NCBI RefSeq assembly: GCF_963921235.1
Contig: NC_086097.1
Location: forward strand, 208,694,001-208,758,000
Length of the DNA stretch: 64,000 nt
From: Mobula hypostoma
Taxonomy: Eukaryota
Reading direction: 5' to 3'
The position numbers and the translations under genes are program-made. The notes beneath the pieces are model-generated. The model did no database searches. It saw only the letters and a program-made list of their open reading frames with translations, and was not told the DNA's origin. Shown piece by piece: positions 1-12,335 of this stretch (within the stretch, counting starts at the first letter, position 1; each line of letters starts with the position of its first letter).

Positions 1-427
1 AAAATTGCAAGAAGTTTCAGAGCACAGATCTTCAATACAGATTTACGACATTGTCTGGTCTCAGACGTTTTGCTGAACCCATGTTCTCAAAAGATTTCTG
101 ATATTGTGTGGAGTGAAAAGAAAATGTGGAAAAGTGGATTTTCCTAAGGAAAGAATGTCAGTAGAAAACCAAACTGAATTATGCCCTTGGTTCTGTTGGC
201 TGGACATAGTAATGAATGATTTGGCATTATTGTTAGCATACACATGTAGAACAGTTCCACAGCTGAGCAGAAAGATGATTTTGGAGCCTCCTCCTCCTGT
301 CTAATTTTCTACCAGCATTCATTACTGGATGTGTTAGGGCCACAGATCTTCAGTCTGATCCATTGCTTAGCTCTATCTATAGACTATTTGAAGTGATGGG
401 TGGAGATATGTCTCTACCAAAGGATAA

Positions 428-553
428 AGTCTTGATGAAGGGTTTTGGCCCACCCAAAATGTTGACTAATTACTCTTTACGATAGATGTTGCCTGACCTG
501 CTGATTTCCTCCAGCATTTTGTGTGTGTTCCAGCATCTGCAGATTTTCTCTTG
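428..553 (+). mobile_element. Penelope-like element terminal fragment with degenerate hammerhead motif
   Basis: AGTC-TTGATGA-AGGG...CCC-AAAA-TGTT-GACT followed by the conserved GATGTTGCCTGACCTGCTGA...CCAGCATCTGCAGA tail shared with 34801-34940 and 36631-36763. Confidence 0.75.
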
Positions 554-1046
554 TGTGATGATGATGGAATACTGGTTTTGCTAATCTGCATGCATGCTGA
601 CCCAAGCCTTAACAGTTTGACCCCTGCAGGCCCTTCTGTACTCCTCATTGAACCAAAATATTTCCTCCATTAGATGCCAATGACAGTAGCCAATGAAACT
701 GCAGATTCTGCTGATGCACATTTATGCTGTTGTCATTGGTCCAGAGCACCTACTCTATCTTATTTAACAAGATTTCCATGAGCGTTGTCCAGTTTGGTTT
801 TAGGTTTTCATTACCCAAATTGTGTGCCATAGACCTTCTTCACCACCCTGTCTACTGCTAGCAGGATTCAGAATTGAGGGTAACATTCTACATTCAGTAG
901 AACATTGCCCAGTTGTGCCATACTCTACTGGATGTAGAATGTTATTGCCATTCTGATTCCAACTAGGGGTAGACAAGCTGATAAAGAAGGTGTATGACAC
1001 AATTGCCTTCATCTATCAGGACACTGAGTGTAAGAGCTGCATAAGT

Positions 1047-3264
1047 ATGAGACGTGAATTAGCTAAGATAGACTGGCAAATGACACTTAAAAGGTTGACG
1101 CAACACACATCAAAGTTGCTGGAAGGTTGATGGTGGATATGCAATGGCAAGCATTTAAAGATCGCATGGATGATCTACAACAATCGTTCATCCCAGTTTG
1201 GCAAAAGAATAAATCAAGGAAGGTAGTGCACCCGTGGCTGACAAGGGAAATTAGGGATAGTATCAATTCCAAAGAAGAAGCATACAAATTAGCCAGAAAA
1301 AGTGGCTCACCTGAGGACTGGGAGAAATTCAGAGTTCAGCAGAGGAGGACAAAGGGCTTAATTAGGAAGGGGAAAAAAGATTATGAGAGAAAACTGGCAG
1401 GGAACATAAAAACTGACTGTAAAAGCTTTTATAGATATGTGAAAAGAAAAAGATTGGTTAAGACAAATGTAGGTCCCCTACAGACAGAAACAGGTGAATT
1501 GATTATGGGGAGCAAGGACATGGCAGACCAATTGAATAATTACTTTGGTTCTGTCTTCACTAAGGAGGACATAAATAATCTTCTGGAAATAGTAGGGGAC
1601 AGAGGGTCCAGTGAGATGGAGGAACTGAGTGAAATACATGTTAGTAGGGAAGTGGTGTTAGGTAAATTGAAGGGATTAAAGGCAGATAAATCCCCAGGGC
1701 CAGATGGTCTGCATCCCAGAGTGCTTAAGGAAGTAGCCCAAGAAATAGTGGATGCATTAGCGATAATATTTCAAAACTCTTTAGATTCTGGACTAGTTCC
1801 TGAGGATTGGAGGGTGGCTAATGTAACTCCACTTTTTAAAAAAGGAGGGAGAGAGAAACCAGGGAATTATAGACCGGTTAGCCTAACATCGGTGGTGGGG
1901 AAACTGCTAGAGTCAGTTATCAAAGATGTGATAACAGCACATTTGGAAAAAGGTGAAATCATCAGACAAAGTCAGCATGGATTTGTGAAAGGAAAATCAT
2001 GTCTGACGAATCTCATAGAATTTTTTGAGGATGTAACTAGTAGAGTGGATGGGGAGAACCAGTGGATGTGGTATATTTGGATTTTCAAAAGGTTTTTGAC
2101 AAGGTCCCACACAGGAGATTAGTGTGCAAACTTAAAGCACACGGTATTGGGGGTAAGGTATTGATGTGGATAGAGAATTGGTTGGCAGACAGGAAGCAAA
2201 GAGTGGGAATAAACGGAACCTTTTCAGAATGGCAGGCAGTGACTAGTGGGGTACCGCAAGGCTCAGTGCTGGGACCCCAGTTGTTTACAATATATATTAA
2301 TGACTTGGATCAGGGAATTAAATGCAGCATCTCCAAGTTTGCGAAGCTGGGCGGCAGTGTTAGCTGTGAGGAGGATGCTAAGAGGATGCAGGGTGACTTG
2401 GATAGGTTAGGTGAGTGGGCAAATTCATGGCAGATGCAACTTAATGTGGATAAATGTGAAGTTATCCACTTTGGTGGCAAAAACAGGAAAACAGATTATT
2501 ATCTGAATGGTGGCCGATTAGGAAAAGGGGAGGTGCAACGAGACCTGGGTGTCATTATACACCAGTCATTGAAAGTGGGCATGCAGGTACAGCAGGCGGT
2601 GAAAAAGGCGAATGGTATGCTGGCATTTATAGCGAGAGGATTCGAGTACAGGAGCAGGGAGGTACTACTGCAGTTGTACAAGGCCTTGGTGAGACCACAC
2701 CTGGAGTATTGTGTGCAGTTTTGGTCCCCTAATCTGAGGAAAGACATCCTTGCCATAGAGGGAGTACAAAGAAGGTTCACCAGATTGATTCCTGGGATGG
2801 CAGGACTTTCATATGATGAAAGACTGGATGAACTAGGCTTATACTCATTGGAATTCAGAAGATTGAGGGGGGATCTGATTGAAACATATAAAATCCTAAA
2901 GGTATTGGACAGACTAGATGCAGGAAGATTGTTCCCGATGTTGGGGAAGTCCAGAACGAGGGGTCACAGTTTGAGGATAAAGGGGAAGCCTTTTAGGACC
3001 GAGATTAGGAAAAACTTCTTCACACAGAGAGTGGTGAATCTGTGGAATTCTCTGCCACAGGAAACAGTTGAGGCCAGTTCGTTGGCTATATTTAAGAGGG
3101 AGTTAGATATGGCCCTTGTGGCTAAAGGGATCACGGGGTATGGAGGGAAGGCTGGTGCAGGGTTCTGAGTTGGATGATCAGCCATGATCATACTGAATGG
3201 CGGTGCAGGCTCGAAGGGCCGAATGGCCTACTCCTGCACCTATTTTCTATGTTTCTATGTTTCT
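1047..3264 (+). pseudogene. 5'-truncated CR1 LINE; ORF2 reverse transcriptase in two frames (1127-2122, 2062-3168)
   Basis: Motifs KSPGPDGLHPRVLKE, NYRPVSLTS, QHGFVKGKSCLTNL, YLDFQK.FDKVPH, SGVPQGSVLGP, RPHLEYCVQFW. Frameshift near 2055, catalytic DD deleted (KFAKLGG), 3' (TTTCTATG)n tail at 3241-3264. Confidence 0.95.
1101..1122 (-). mobile_element. 22-bp PLE-terminal micro-insertion inside the CR1
   Basis: CAACACACATCAAAGTTGCTGG is identical to 36665-36686 and is flanked by AAGGTTGACG (1091-1100) / AAGGTTGATG (1123-1132). Confidence 0.8.
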
Positions 3265-3754
3265 ATAAGTCATTTTGAGACCACACTTGTACTGTTGTGT
3301 GCATTTCGGTCACCTGGACTGAGGAAAGATGTCAGTAAGATGGAGAGGGAGCACACAAGACAAATGAGCATGTTACTGTTACTGGATAGCTTGAACACCT
3401 AGATAAGAGGGATTGTTACAGTCTTTTTTCCCAGAGTAGAGGGATCTAAAAGTAGAGGACAAATATTTAATGTCAGAGGGGAAATATTTGCAGGTGATCT
3501 GAGGGTCAAGTGTTTCACAGAGACTGTAGCAGGTTACTGGAACGAGTTTCCATCAGACGTGGTAGAGGCAAGTGCAAATGCAAAATTTAGCATGTACATT
3601 TGGACAGGTACATAGATAGAAAAAGTTTAGAGGGACGTGGGCCAAAAAAGAATAAACCAGGTAAACATTTTCGTCAGCATAAATATGATGAGCTGAAGGG
3701 TCTATTTCTTTTCTATATAACTCTTCTTGCTGTCTTGGGAAAGCAACCAAAATA

Positions 3755-4052
3755 ATCTAAGACCCCACCCATTCTAAACATCTTCTCTTCTCCCTTTTTA
3801 TCAGTAGGAAGGTACAAAAGCCTGAAGGTATGTACCATCTGGCCCGAGAGCAGCTTCTATCCACTGTTAGAAAACTACTGAGCAGTCTCCTAGTAGGATA
3901 AGATGGGCACTTGACCTCATAATCTACATAGTAATGGCCTTGTCATTGTTTTACTTTGCTGTTGCAATGAACTGATCTGTATGGACAGCACTGAAAACAG
4001 ATCTTTCGCTGTACCTCGGTACATGAGACAAGAAAAAACCATTTCACCAATT
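3755..4052 (+). mobile_element. Rex1/Babar LINE 3' fragment
   Basis: Similar to the KDP.HP...FSLLPSGRRY-coding end and 3' UTR of other Rex1 copies in the window. Confidence 0.6.
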
Positions 4053-5717
4053 TAGCAGTTTCTTCTAGGACATATCTGAAGCACGAAGAAACAGCAGCCT
4101 TGATCAGTAGATCCTGATTAATGTACCTTCTAATGCTCCTCTCTCAGTTGGAGATACTACTGCTTCTATGATAGCAGTGTTTTGAGTTGGTGGACTGGAC
4201 AATAGGAATTCATCCTTGAGTCTGAATGAACATGCCACAGTTTATCAGTGACTTTATCAAGACCTGTGCAAAACAACAAATTTCACGATTTATGCCAGTG
4301 ATATTAAACCTGATTCTGTTTCTGAATATTTGCTGATTTATTTCAGTTTTTCAAAACAATTTCTCAATTTACTCGGTGTCCTTGACTTGTATTGAATGCC
4401 GAAGGAGATTGTGTATGTAACATCAGACAATGAAGTATCAATAAAATGGAGAGATGTGTAAATAAGAACCCCACAATATCCCAATAAGTTTAGAATTTTT
4501 TTTGCTGGATTTATACATCACCTGCACTCAAACATATGCACTGTGCCATATTAAAATTCTCCAAAAACTCAAATAAATGCAAAGATGTTAACAATTTTTT
4601 ACATAAAAATAGAAACATCTTTGAGATGTAAAGGTATACTTTGTTTGCATCTATGTAAGTGAAATGCTATCATCTTCATTACAATTTACATTTAATCCAC
4701 ATTTTGCTCGTTGTTCAGCAACAGTCTGCAGAAAGTCACTGCAGTTAAAATGCAAATTTGACAGGCAAAGTTGCTGTTACAGATTAAATTTCTGACTCAT
4801 AGAACAGAAAGATAATTTTTGTGAACTGCATCAATTTTTGGAACATCAAACAGTCTCTCAGGTTTCAAAACGTGTTAAAAACTACTTAAAATGTCAGAGC
4901 TAAGGTTGGAATTTGTGTTATTCAAGCTAATTCACACTGTATAAAGAAATATCTCTAAATTCACTTAAAGTTATCTCAACGAGCTTAATATTCAGTCACT
5001 TCCCAAACGTTATCAGAGAATCTATCAGCAATCAACTGTGGTTTCACAATCCAGAATGTTAGAATGTGGAACTGAAGCAGTTAGTGTGAAGACCACGGTT
5101 AGATTAAGAGGAAGCTAACTATTAATATAAGGAAGAAAGGAACTGTGTTTGCCAATAAAGCAAGATGAAGTGGGTTGGTGGAACTTCTGCGCTGTTGTTT
5201 TGGTGAAACGTAACACGGCTCTGAATGGGGAGTGTCTCTGAAGTAGTATGGGTACCTCTTTAAAAGTCCCACCTTTATAGATGAAAAATGGACCATGTAG
5301 GACTCTGAAATGTATCTTCCAACTAACTGCACACAGTCTGAGCTGCATTTGTAGTTAATCTTCACAATTGAATGCTAAGGGATTGATGTATCTTTTTTTC
5401 CTTGTCCACAAGCATCAGTGATAGATCACTCAGTCCCTTGCTATTTCAATGCAGGCAAATTTTAGATCAATACAGTTAAGATGATTAGTGAAGCACCATT
5501 GATGATCCTGATTTCTTTAAATCTCCTGGACTTGACATGTTTGACAGGATGTTTTGCAGGAATTAAAGTTAATTAATGTATGCTGAAGTTAATTAAGCTG
5601 TAAATTAAATTAACATTGCTTGCAATGTTATCAAATGTTATGTCAAATGTGCAGCATGTATAATGAGTCCAATTTAACTACTTAATCCAGTAAATGGCAT
5701 TTTTATCATTACACTCT

Positions 5718-5903
5718 GGAGGGTTGATCATCATTTGTCAGTGGGCAAAACAACTGTTGACATTTCAGTTTGAAACTCCTCATCAGGATTGAAAGTAGCG
5801 GGAGAAGGTTTAAAGAGTATAAAGAGGAGATGACCACACAGGTGCTACTCAGTTCCTCCAGCAGATGGTTTGTTGCCCCAGGTTCCAGCATCTGCAACTT
5901 CTT
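5718..5903. mobile_element. Degenerate PLE terminal fold-back remnant
   Basis: Decayed reverse-complement hammerhead (CTGTTGACATTTCAG...CCTCATCAGGATTG) and tail AGTTCCTCCAGCAG...TTCCAGCATCTGCAA. Confidence 0.55.
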
Positions 5904-5939
5904 ATGTACAGCAGTGGAACCTGCAAGCTGTTTCAAACA

Positions 5940-7498
5940 CATCTTACATCCCTGAGTGCTAAGAGAGGTTGCTGAAGAGATAATGGATGCATGGGTCACG
6001 ATCTTTCAAGAATCACTTGGTGCTTGCATGGTCCTGCTGGATTGGAAGAGTGCAAATGTCATTTTACACTTTAAGAAGGGAGGAAGGCAAAAGAAAGGAA
6101 ACTATAGGTTAGTTAGCCAAACCTCAGTGGTTGGGAAAGTGTTGGAGTCCATTATTAAGGATGAGCTTTTGGGGTACTTGGAGACTAATGATAAAATAAG
6201 TCAAAGTCAGCATGGTTTCTGTAAAGAGAAATCTTGCCTGACAAATCTGTTAAAGTTTTTCGAGGAAGTAACAAGCAGGATGGACAAAGGAGAGGCAGTG
6301 GATGTCATTTACTTGGATTTTCAAAAGGCATCTGATAAGGTGCCACACACGGGGCAACTTAACAAGATAAATTCCTATGTCATTACAGGAAAGATTCTGG
6401 CATGGATAAAGGAATGGCTGACAGGCAGGAGGCAGCGAGTGGGAATAAGGAGGACCTTTGCTGATTGGCTGCCAGTGACGGGTGGTGTTCCTCAGGGATC
6501 GGTATTGGGACCGCTGCTTTTCACATTTTTTGTCAATGATTTGGATAATGGAATTGATGGCTTTGTGGCAAAGTTAGCAGATGATACGAAGATAGGTGGT
6601 GGGGTAGGTAGTGCTGAGGGAACAACATGATTCCAGCAGGACTTAGACAAAAAAGAATGGGCAAAAAAGTGGCAGATGGATACAATATTGGGAAATGTAT
6701 GATAATACATTTTGGTTAAAGGAAAATTAGTGTGGACTATTATCTAAATTGGGAGAAGGTTGAAATATCAGAGGTGCTGAGGGACTTAGGAGTCCTCGTG
6801 CAAGACACCCAGAAGGTTAATTTACAGGTTGAGTCTGTGGTAAAGAAGGCAAATTTAATGTTGGTATTTATTTCAAGGCGAATAGAATATAAAAGCAAGG
6901 AGGTAATGCTGAGCCTTTATAAGACACTAGTCAGGCCACACTTAGAGTATTGGCAACAGTTTTGGGCCCCATATCACAGAAAAGATGTGTTGTCATTGGA
7001 GAGAGTCCAGAGGTGGTTCACAGGGATGATTCCAGGAATGAAGGGGTTAACATATGAGGAGTGTTTGGCAGCTTTGGGCCCGTACTCACTGGAACTTAGA
7101 AGAATGCACGGGGATCTCACTGAAACGTACCGAATGTTGAAAGGACTAGATAGGGTGAATGTGGAGAGGATGTTTCCTATGGTGGGGATATCCAGTACTG
7201 GAGAGCACAGCCTCAAAATTGAAGCTCGACTTTTTAAAACAGAGGTAAGGAGGAATTTTTTTTAGCTAGAGAGCGGTGAATCTGTGGAATGTTCGCCACA
7301 GATTGTGGTGGAAGCCAAGTTCGTGGGTATATTTGAGGCGGAAGATAATTGTTTCCTGATAGGTCAGGGTATCAAAGGATTTGGCGTGAAGGCAGGTTTA
7401 TGGGATTGAGTGGGATCCGGGATCAGCCATGATGGAATGGCGGAGCAGACTTGATGGGCTGAATGGCCTAATTCTGCTCCCATGTCTTATGGTCTTAT
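5940..7498 (+). pseudogene. 5'-truncated CR1 LINE RT fragment
   Basis: ORFs 5956-6630 and 6732-7265 carry QHGF, YLDFQKA, GVPQGSVLGP, LADDTK and RPHLEY motifs with frameshifts; (TCTTATGG)n tail at ~7484-7498. Confidence 0.92.
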
Positions 7499-7616
7499 AC
7501 ACGCAAGAAAGCTCACCAAAGCTGCATCACTGTTTGGTGTGGAAACTGCACAGTGTCATACAGAAAGGCTGTACAATGGGTAGTCGAAACTGCCCAACAC
7601 ATCACTAGTACCAGTT

Positions 7617-7817
7617 ACACACATAAAAGTTGTTGTTGAACGCAGCAGGCCAGGCAGCATCTATAGGAAAAGGTACAGTCGTCGTTTTGGGCTGAGACCA
7701 ACGTCGACTGTACCTCTTCCTATAGATGCTGCCTGGCCTGCTGCGTTCACCAGCAACTTTTATGTGTGTTGCTTGAAATTCCAGCATCTGCAGATTTCCT
7801 CGTGTTTGCGTTTTTAA
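7617..7817 (+). mobile_element. PLE-derived inverted-repeat (fold-back) insertion with 13-bp TSD
   Basis: Arms 7617-7686 and 7700-7769 are near-perfect reverse complements, followed by a ~48-nt tail. ACTAGTACCAGTT is duplicated at 7604-7616 and 7818-7830. Confidence 0.9.
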
Positions 7818-8120
7818 ACTAGTACCAGTTGCTGGCCATCAAGGACATGTCCAGAAAATGGCTGGTAACATTATGAAGGATCCCGCCCACCCTGCTCATG
7901 GATTGTTTGTCCTACTCCCATCAGGGAGGAGGCTACATAATATCCATGCCAGGACCACCAGTCTCAAACACTGTTACCTACCCCAAGTAGTAACATCTCC
8001 ACCCCTTAACTCCACCACTACTTTATTATTTCTCGTCAATCATCTGTCAGACAGCCTAGCTTTATGGATATACAATCAATCTGTGTATCTAAGCTATCTT
8101 TTGTATTTATATTTATTGCA

Positions 8121-8153
8121 TGATGATGATGATGATGATTATTATTATTATTA
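8121..8153. repeat. Compound (TGA)n(TTA)n microsatellite
   Basis: Read directly from the sequence; it explains the poly-D/poly-Y run in ORF 7858-8262. Confidence 0.95.
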
Positions 8154-8339
8154 TCATTGTGTTCTTTACCTTTTGTGTTTTTTGCGCTACATCGGTTCTG
8201 GAGTAACAATTATTTCAGTCTTCCTACACTTGAGTACAGGAAATGACATTAAACAATTTTGAATCTTGAATGTCCTTTCTTGAATTACCCCAGAATTGAA
8301 TACACCAGACATCTTTACCTGTAACTTACCTCTCTGACC

Positions 8340-8890
8340 TACATTCATTTCCACTTTACAAGATCTTGCCTTTAAAATTCATATCCTTTACTTAAGTTGT
8401 CCATGGCTTTGCTTTCTCCCATCTCTGCTATCTTCTGCTAGCCTACAACCTTTTGAAATCCTGGCATTATTCTAAATCAAACCTTTTATGTATCCTTTCC
8501 ACTGCTGCTACAATCCTAAACTTTGAAATTACATACTTAAGTAAGTTCATCTCTACACTTTGCTTACAATTCATAGTAGGTTCTTAAAACCTGTTTCTCT
8601 GGTGAAGCAATACACACAAAATGCTGGAGGAGCTCAGCAGGCCAGGCAGCATCTGTGGAAAAGAGTAAACAGTCAACGTTTCGGGCCGAGACCCTCCATC
8701 AGGATACTGCCTGGACTGCCAAGCTCCTCCAGCACTTTTTGTGTTTTGCTTGGATTTCCAGCGTCTGCAAATTTTCTTTTGTTCTATGGTAAAGCTTTTG
8801 ATAAACTTACCTAATATTTCTGCTTATGGCTTGGTGTTAAATCTTGCTGGAAGTGCCTTGGGATATTTTGTTATGTCAATTATCTTATAT
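8340..8890 (+). mobile_element. Ancient L2-like LINE 3' remnant, split by a PLE fragment
   Basis: Recalled resemblance to L2 3' ends (TCCATGGCTTTGC...CCCATCTCTG; GAAGTGCCTTGGGATATTTT). Confidence 0.45.
8609..8780. mobile_element. PLE terminal fold-back fragment with hammerhead motif on the minus strand
   Basis: Reverse complement of ~8670-8705 reads ATC-CTGATGG-AGGGTCTCGGCCC-GAAA-CGTT-GACTG; an inverted partial copy follows. Confidence 0.8.
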
Positions 8891-8896
8891 AACTAT

Positions 8897-10510
8897 ATCC
8901 TTCTCTACTGTCTCTACGCCCATGACTATGTGGCTAGGCACAGCTCAAATGGCATCTATAAATTTGATGACAGTACAACCATTGTTGGCAGAATGTTAGA
9001 TGGTGACCTAAGGGCATACATGAGCGAGATGTATCAGCTAGTTGAGTGTATCGGAGCAACAAACTTGCACTCAACATCAGTAAGACGAAGAAACACACAC
9101 CAGTCATCATAGAGGGATTAGAAGTGGAGAGAGTGAGCAATTTCAAGTTCCTGCATGTCAATATCTCTGAGGACCTAACTTGGACCCAATATATTGATGC
9201 AACTATGAAGAAGGCAAGACAGAGGCTATATTTCATTAGGAACTTGAGGAGATTTGGTACGTCACCAAAAACACTTGCAAATTTCTACATATGTACCATG
9301 GAGATCATTCTGACTGACTGCATCACTGTCTGGTATGGGGAGTGGGGGGGGGGGTTGCTACAAGAACATAGAAGAGAAAAGCACAGGAACAGGCTATTCA
9401 GCCCACAATGTTGTGCCGAACCATCTAAAAAGCAAATCAAAAACACCCAAACAATAATCCCTCCTATCTACACCATGTCCACTTCCTTCCATCTTCCTTA
9501 CATCCATGTGCCTATCCAAACATTTCTTAAAAGCCACTGATGTGTTTGCCTCTACCACCATACCAGGCATCCATGACTCTCTGAGTAAAGAACTTATCCC
9601 TCACATCCCCTTTGAACCTACCCCCTCTCCCCTTCAATGCATGCCCACTGGTATTAGACATTTTAACCCTGGGAAACAGATACTCTCTCACTTTATCTAT
9701 GTTGCTAATAATTTTGTAAACCTCTATCAGATCTCTCCTCAGCCTCCAACACTCCAGAGAAAGCAACCCAAGTTTATCCAGCCTCTTGTGATAGCACATA
9801 CCCTCTAAACCAGGCAGCGTCCTGGTAAACCTCTTCTGCACCCTCTCTAGAGCCTCAACATCCTTCGTATAGTGGAGCGACCAGAACAGTGCACAGTAAT
9901 CGGGATGTGGCCAAACCAGAGTTTTATAAAGTTGCAACATAATCTCCCAACTTTTGAACCTATTGCCTCAACTAACAAAAGCAAGCATTCATAAGTCTTC
10001 TTTACTACCTTATAGACCTGTGTAGCCACTTTCAAGGAGCTATGAACTTTGACCCAAGATCTCTCCGCTCAGTAACACTGTTAAGGACCTTGCCCTTAAG
10101 GGTGTACTGCCTCCTTGCATTTGACCTACCGAGGTGCAACATCTCACATTTATCTGGGTTAAACTCCAAAGGATATTGCAAAGGATCAAAGTAAGCTGCA
10201 GAGAGTTGTAAAGTTAGCCAGCTCCATCATGGGCACCAGCTTCTGCAGAAGCCAGGTCACCTTCAAGGAGCAGTGTCTCAGAAAGGCGGCGTCCATCATT
10301 AAGGACCTCCACCACCCAGGACATGCCTTTTTCTCATTACTACCATCAGGAAGGATGTACAGAAGCTTGAAGGTACATATATATATATTTTTTTACTGTA
10401 ATTCACACTTTTTTTGTTTTCTGTATTATCATGTATTGCATTGTGCTGCTGCTGCAAATTTAACAAATTTCATGATATATGCCAGTGATATTAAACCTGA
10501 TTCTGATTCT
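8897..10510 (+). mobile_element. Rex1/Babar LINE fragment split by a CR1 insertion
   Basis: IYKFDDSTTIVGR, VERVSNFKFL.VNISEDLTW, KKARQRLYF; resumes at ~10168 with KAASIIKDLHHPGH and ends in a (CTGATT)n tail. Confidence 0.85.
9363..10167 (-). mobile_element. CR1 LINE 3' fragment
   Basis: ORF 9527-9940 (-) LQLYKTLV.PH.DYC..FWS...LERVQKRFTR. Confidence 0.88.
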
Positions 10511-10540
10511 AATTTTGAAGAAATTTGGCATTCTGATATA

Positions 10541-11025
10541 TGAGGGATAATTGATAAGTTCGTGGCCTAAGGTAGAAGGAGTCAATTTTAGAATACCTAG
10601 CACATCTATCTTTCTTACATTTACACACTTAGTCCAGCAGTCGTGGAGCATACGGATTCCTTCCTTTCAGAAGTCGGCGTCTTGGACCTCCAGAAGTGGT
10701 CCACAGCAGGGGTGATTGATAAGTTCGTGGCCTAAAGTAGAAAGAGATGAGTTATTAACTTCAAACTTTCTGCGTTTTCGCTCAAAGAGTTGAACTGCAC
10801 GTGCGTGTAATGAGAGCTGTATAACTCATCTCCTTCTACCCAGGCCACGAACTTATCAATCACCCCTGCTGTGAACCACTTCTACAAAGAAGGGATCGGT
10901 ATGCTCCACGACTGCTGGGCTAAGTGTGTATGTGTAGGAGGAGACTACGTTGAAAAATAAATGTGCTAGGTTTTCTAAAATTGACTCCTTCTACCTTAGG
11001 CCACAAGCTTATCAATCACCCCTCG
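10541..11025. mobile_element. Non-autonomous mariner-type MITE, almost fully palindromic, TA TSD
   Basis: TA|TGAGGGATAATTGATAAGTTCGTGGCCTAAGGTAGAAGGAG ... CTCCTTCTACCTTAGGCCACAAGCTTATCAATCACCCCTCG|TA; arms ~10541-10755 and ~10821-11025. Confidence 0.9.
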
Positions 11026-12335
11026 TATATCAACACCTGTATGTACTCAGAACACTAGTTTAGTTCCCAGGTAGTGAAAATATTTCAAATTCTTCGGAAG
11101 CTTTTGAGTAGGATGTTAATTTAATAAGAAGTAGTGGCATACAATAGTTATTTGTTCCAATTATTTTGAAACCGAATGAAGCTGCCCTACTGCAGCTCAC
11201 CTGGAACATGTAAAAGAAGATTCCCTCAAATTTCTGCCCAGCTACATACTTCAGAAAGCACAATCAATATTAATGTGTCAGTCTAAGCAATCAGTGTAGT
11301 GCCTCAAAGGTGGGAGATCATAGAGGAAGCCATTATCTCTACACTGACTGTGTGCTCTACTGTCAGGATGGATTATCCAACCTTTATAGAAGTCAATGAA
11401 TTTAACTCTTTTCACGTCTCAAAAAGGAGAAAGTTTTACCACTTATATTTTTAAGATGGCAATAAATTTCACCAGGCAGAATTGAAAGACATTGAGAATC
11501 TCACTGCTTCTACCATGGATATAGTTTTGTTCAACTACCAAACTGCTTTTCAATTTTTAAGTGACTGCATGTTTGCATGTGGCTTCTGGTAACATACATC
11601 AGATAGGTTAATCAACAGTGCAGCACTTAAATGAGAAAGGTGATGGATGATGGCAGGAATCAGGTTTCATTGTCTTTCCTTGGCAGAATGATTGAACAAT
11701 CATCTAACTTGTCTAAAGTTCTACTGCTGTGACAGATACTCTAGTGACTGGCCAGTCATTTCCATTGACTGAGGATAACCTTCTTCATTGTTTTTTTAAT
11801 GTTCTGATGCCACAAAGCTGCGTACACTCAAGGAAAGCCAGCAACCAGCAGGTTTTGAGCTTTTTCACGTTGACTTTTCACGAAATTGAGCATGATGAAG
11901 TATGGCACAGCCCTGGGAAAACAGCTTTGGTTACCTGCTCTGGAATGATGAACTGCAGTAATATCTCCTGTTGTAATCTGAAGGGAAGCAGTGTGTGATA
12001 AAGTTCTGCATTTTTTGCCTTTGACTGTCACTGAGATGGCAAGTCCCCAAAGCAATAGGTTGCAGCCAAGTACAGCAGTTCTTTGACAGACTCTTTGAAG
12101 AAGCGTAGCTTCCTGCTACAATATTCTTTGATTAGATCTAGGGAAGCTATTCCTTGTCTCTAGAAGTCACAAGGTGTGAGCTCTTGCAAAAAGCTAGAGC
12201 TGAGTTGATGATTCTGGGTATCACATTCGTTACCAGTATTATGTGAGTCGGATTCAGATTAGTTTATTATTATTCTATTGCTACATTCATAAGAGTCCTT
12301 GCTCATGTGCAGTTCACGGAGTACATGATAATAAT

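Larger units (their letters stand above)
966..3725 (+). mobile_element. Old degenerate CR1 3' fragment split (966-1046 and 3265-3725) by a younger CR1 insertion
   Basis: The left part (GTAGACAAGCTGATAAAGAAGGTGTATGACACAATTGCCTTCATC) continues after 3270 (GAGACCACACTTG...) as a decayed RT C-terminus and 3' UTR. ATAAGT at 1041-1046 and 3265-3270 is a candidate TSD. Confidence 0.65.
7500..8272 (+). mobile_element. Rex1/Babar LINE 3' fragment interrupted by a PLE hairpin insertion
   Basis: IMKDPAHPAHGLFVLLPSGRR in ORF 7858-8262; (TCTTGAA)-type tail near 8260. Confidence 0.75.

Noticed and set aside
7858..8262. 134-aa ORF with poly-D/poly-Y and a hydrophobic tail
   Set aside because: Read-through of a Rex1 3' end and a microsatellite.
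11201..11248. Possible 48-nt minus-strand exon (AAG|TATGTAGCT...TTCCAG|GTGAGC; YVAGQKFEGIFFYMFQ)
   Set aside because: Good donor but weak acceptor; I do not recognise the peptide and cannot check transcripts or conservation.
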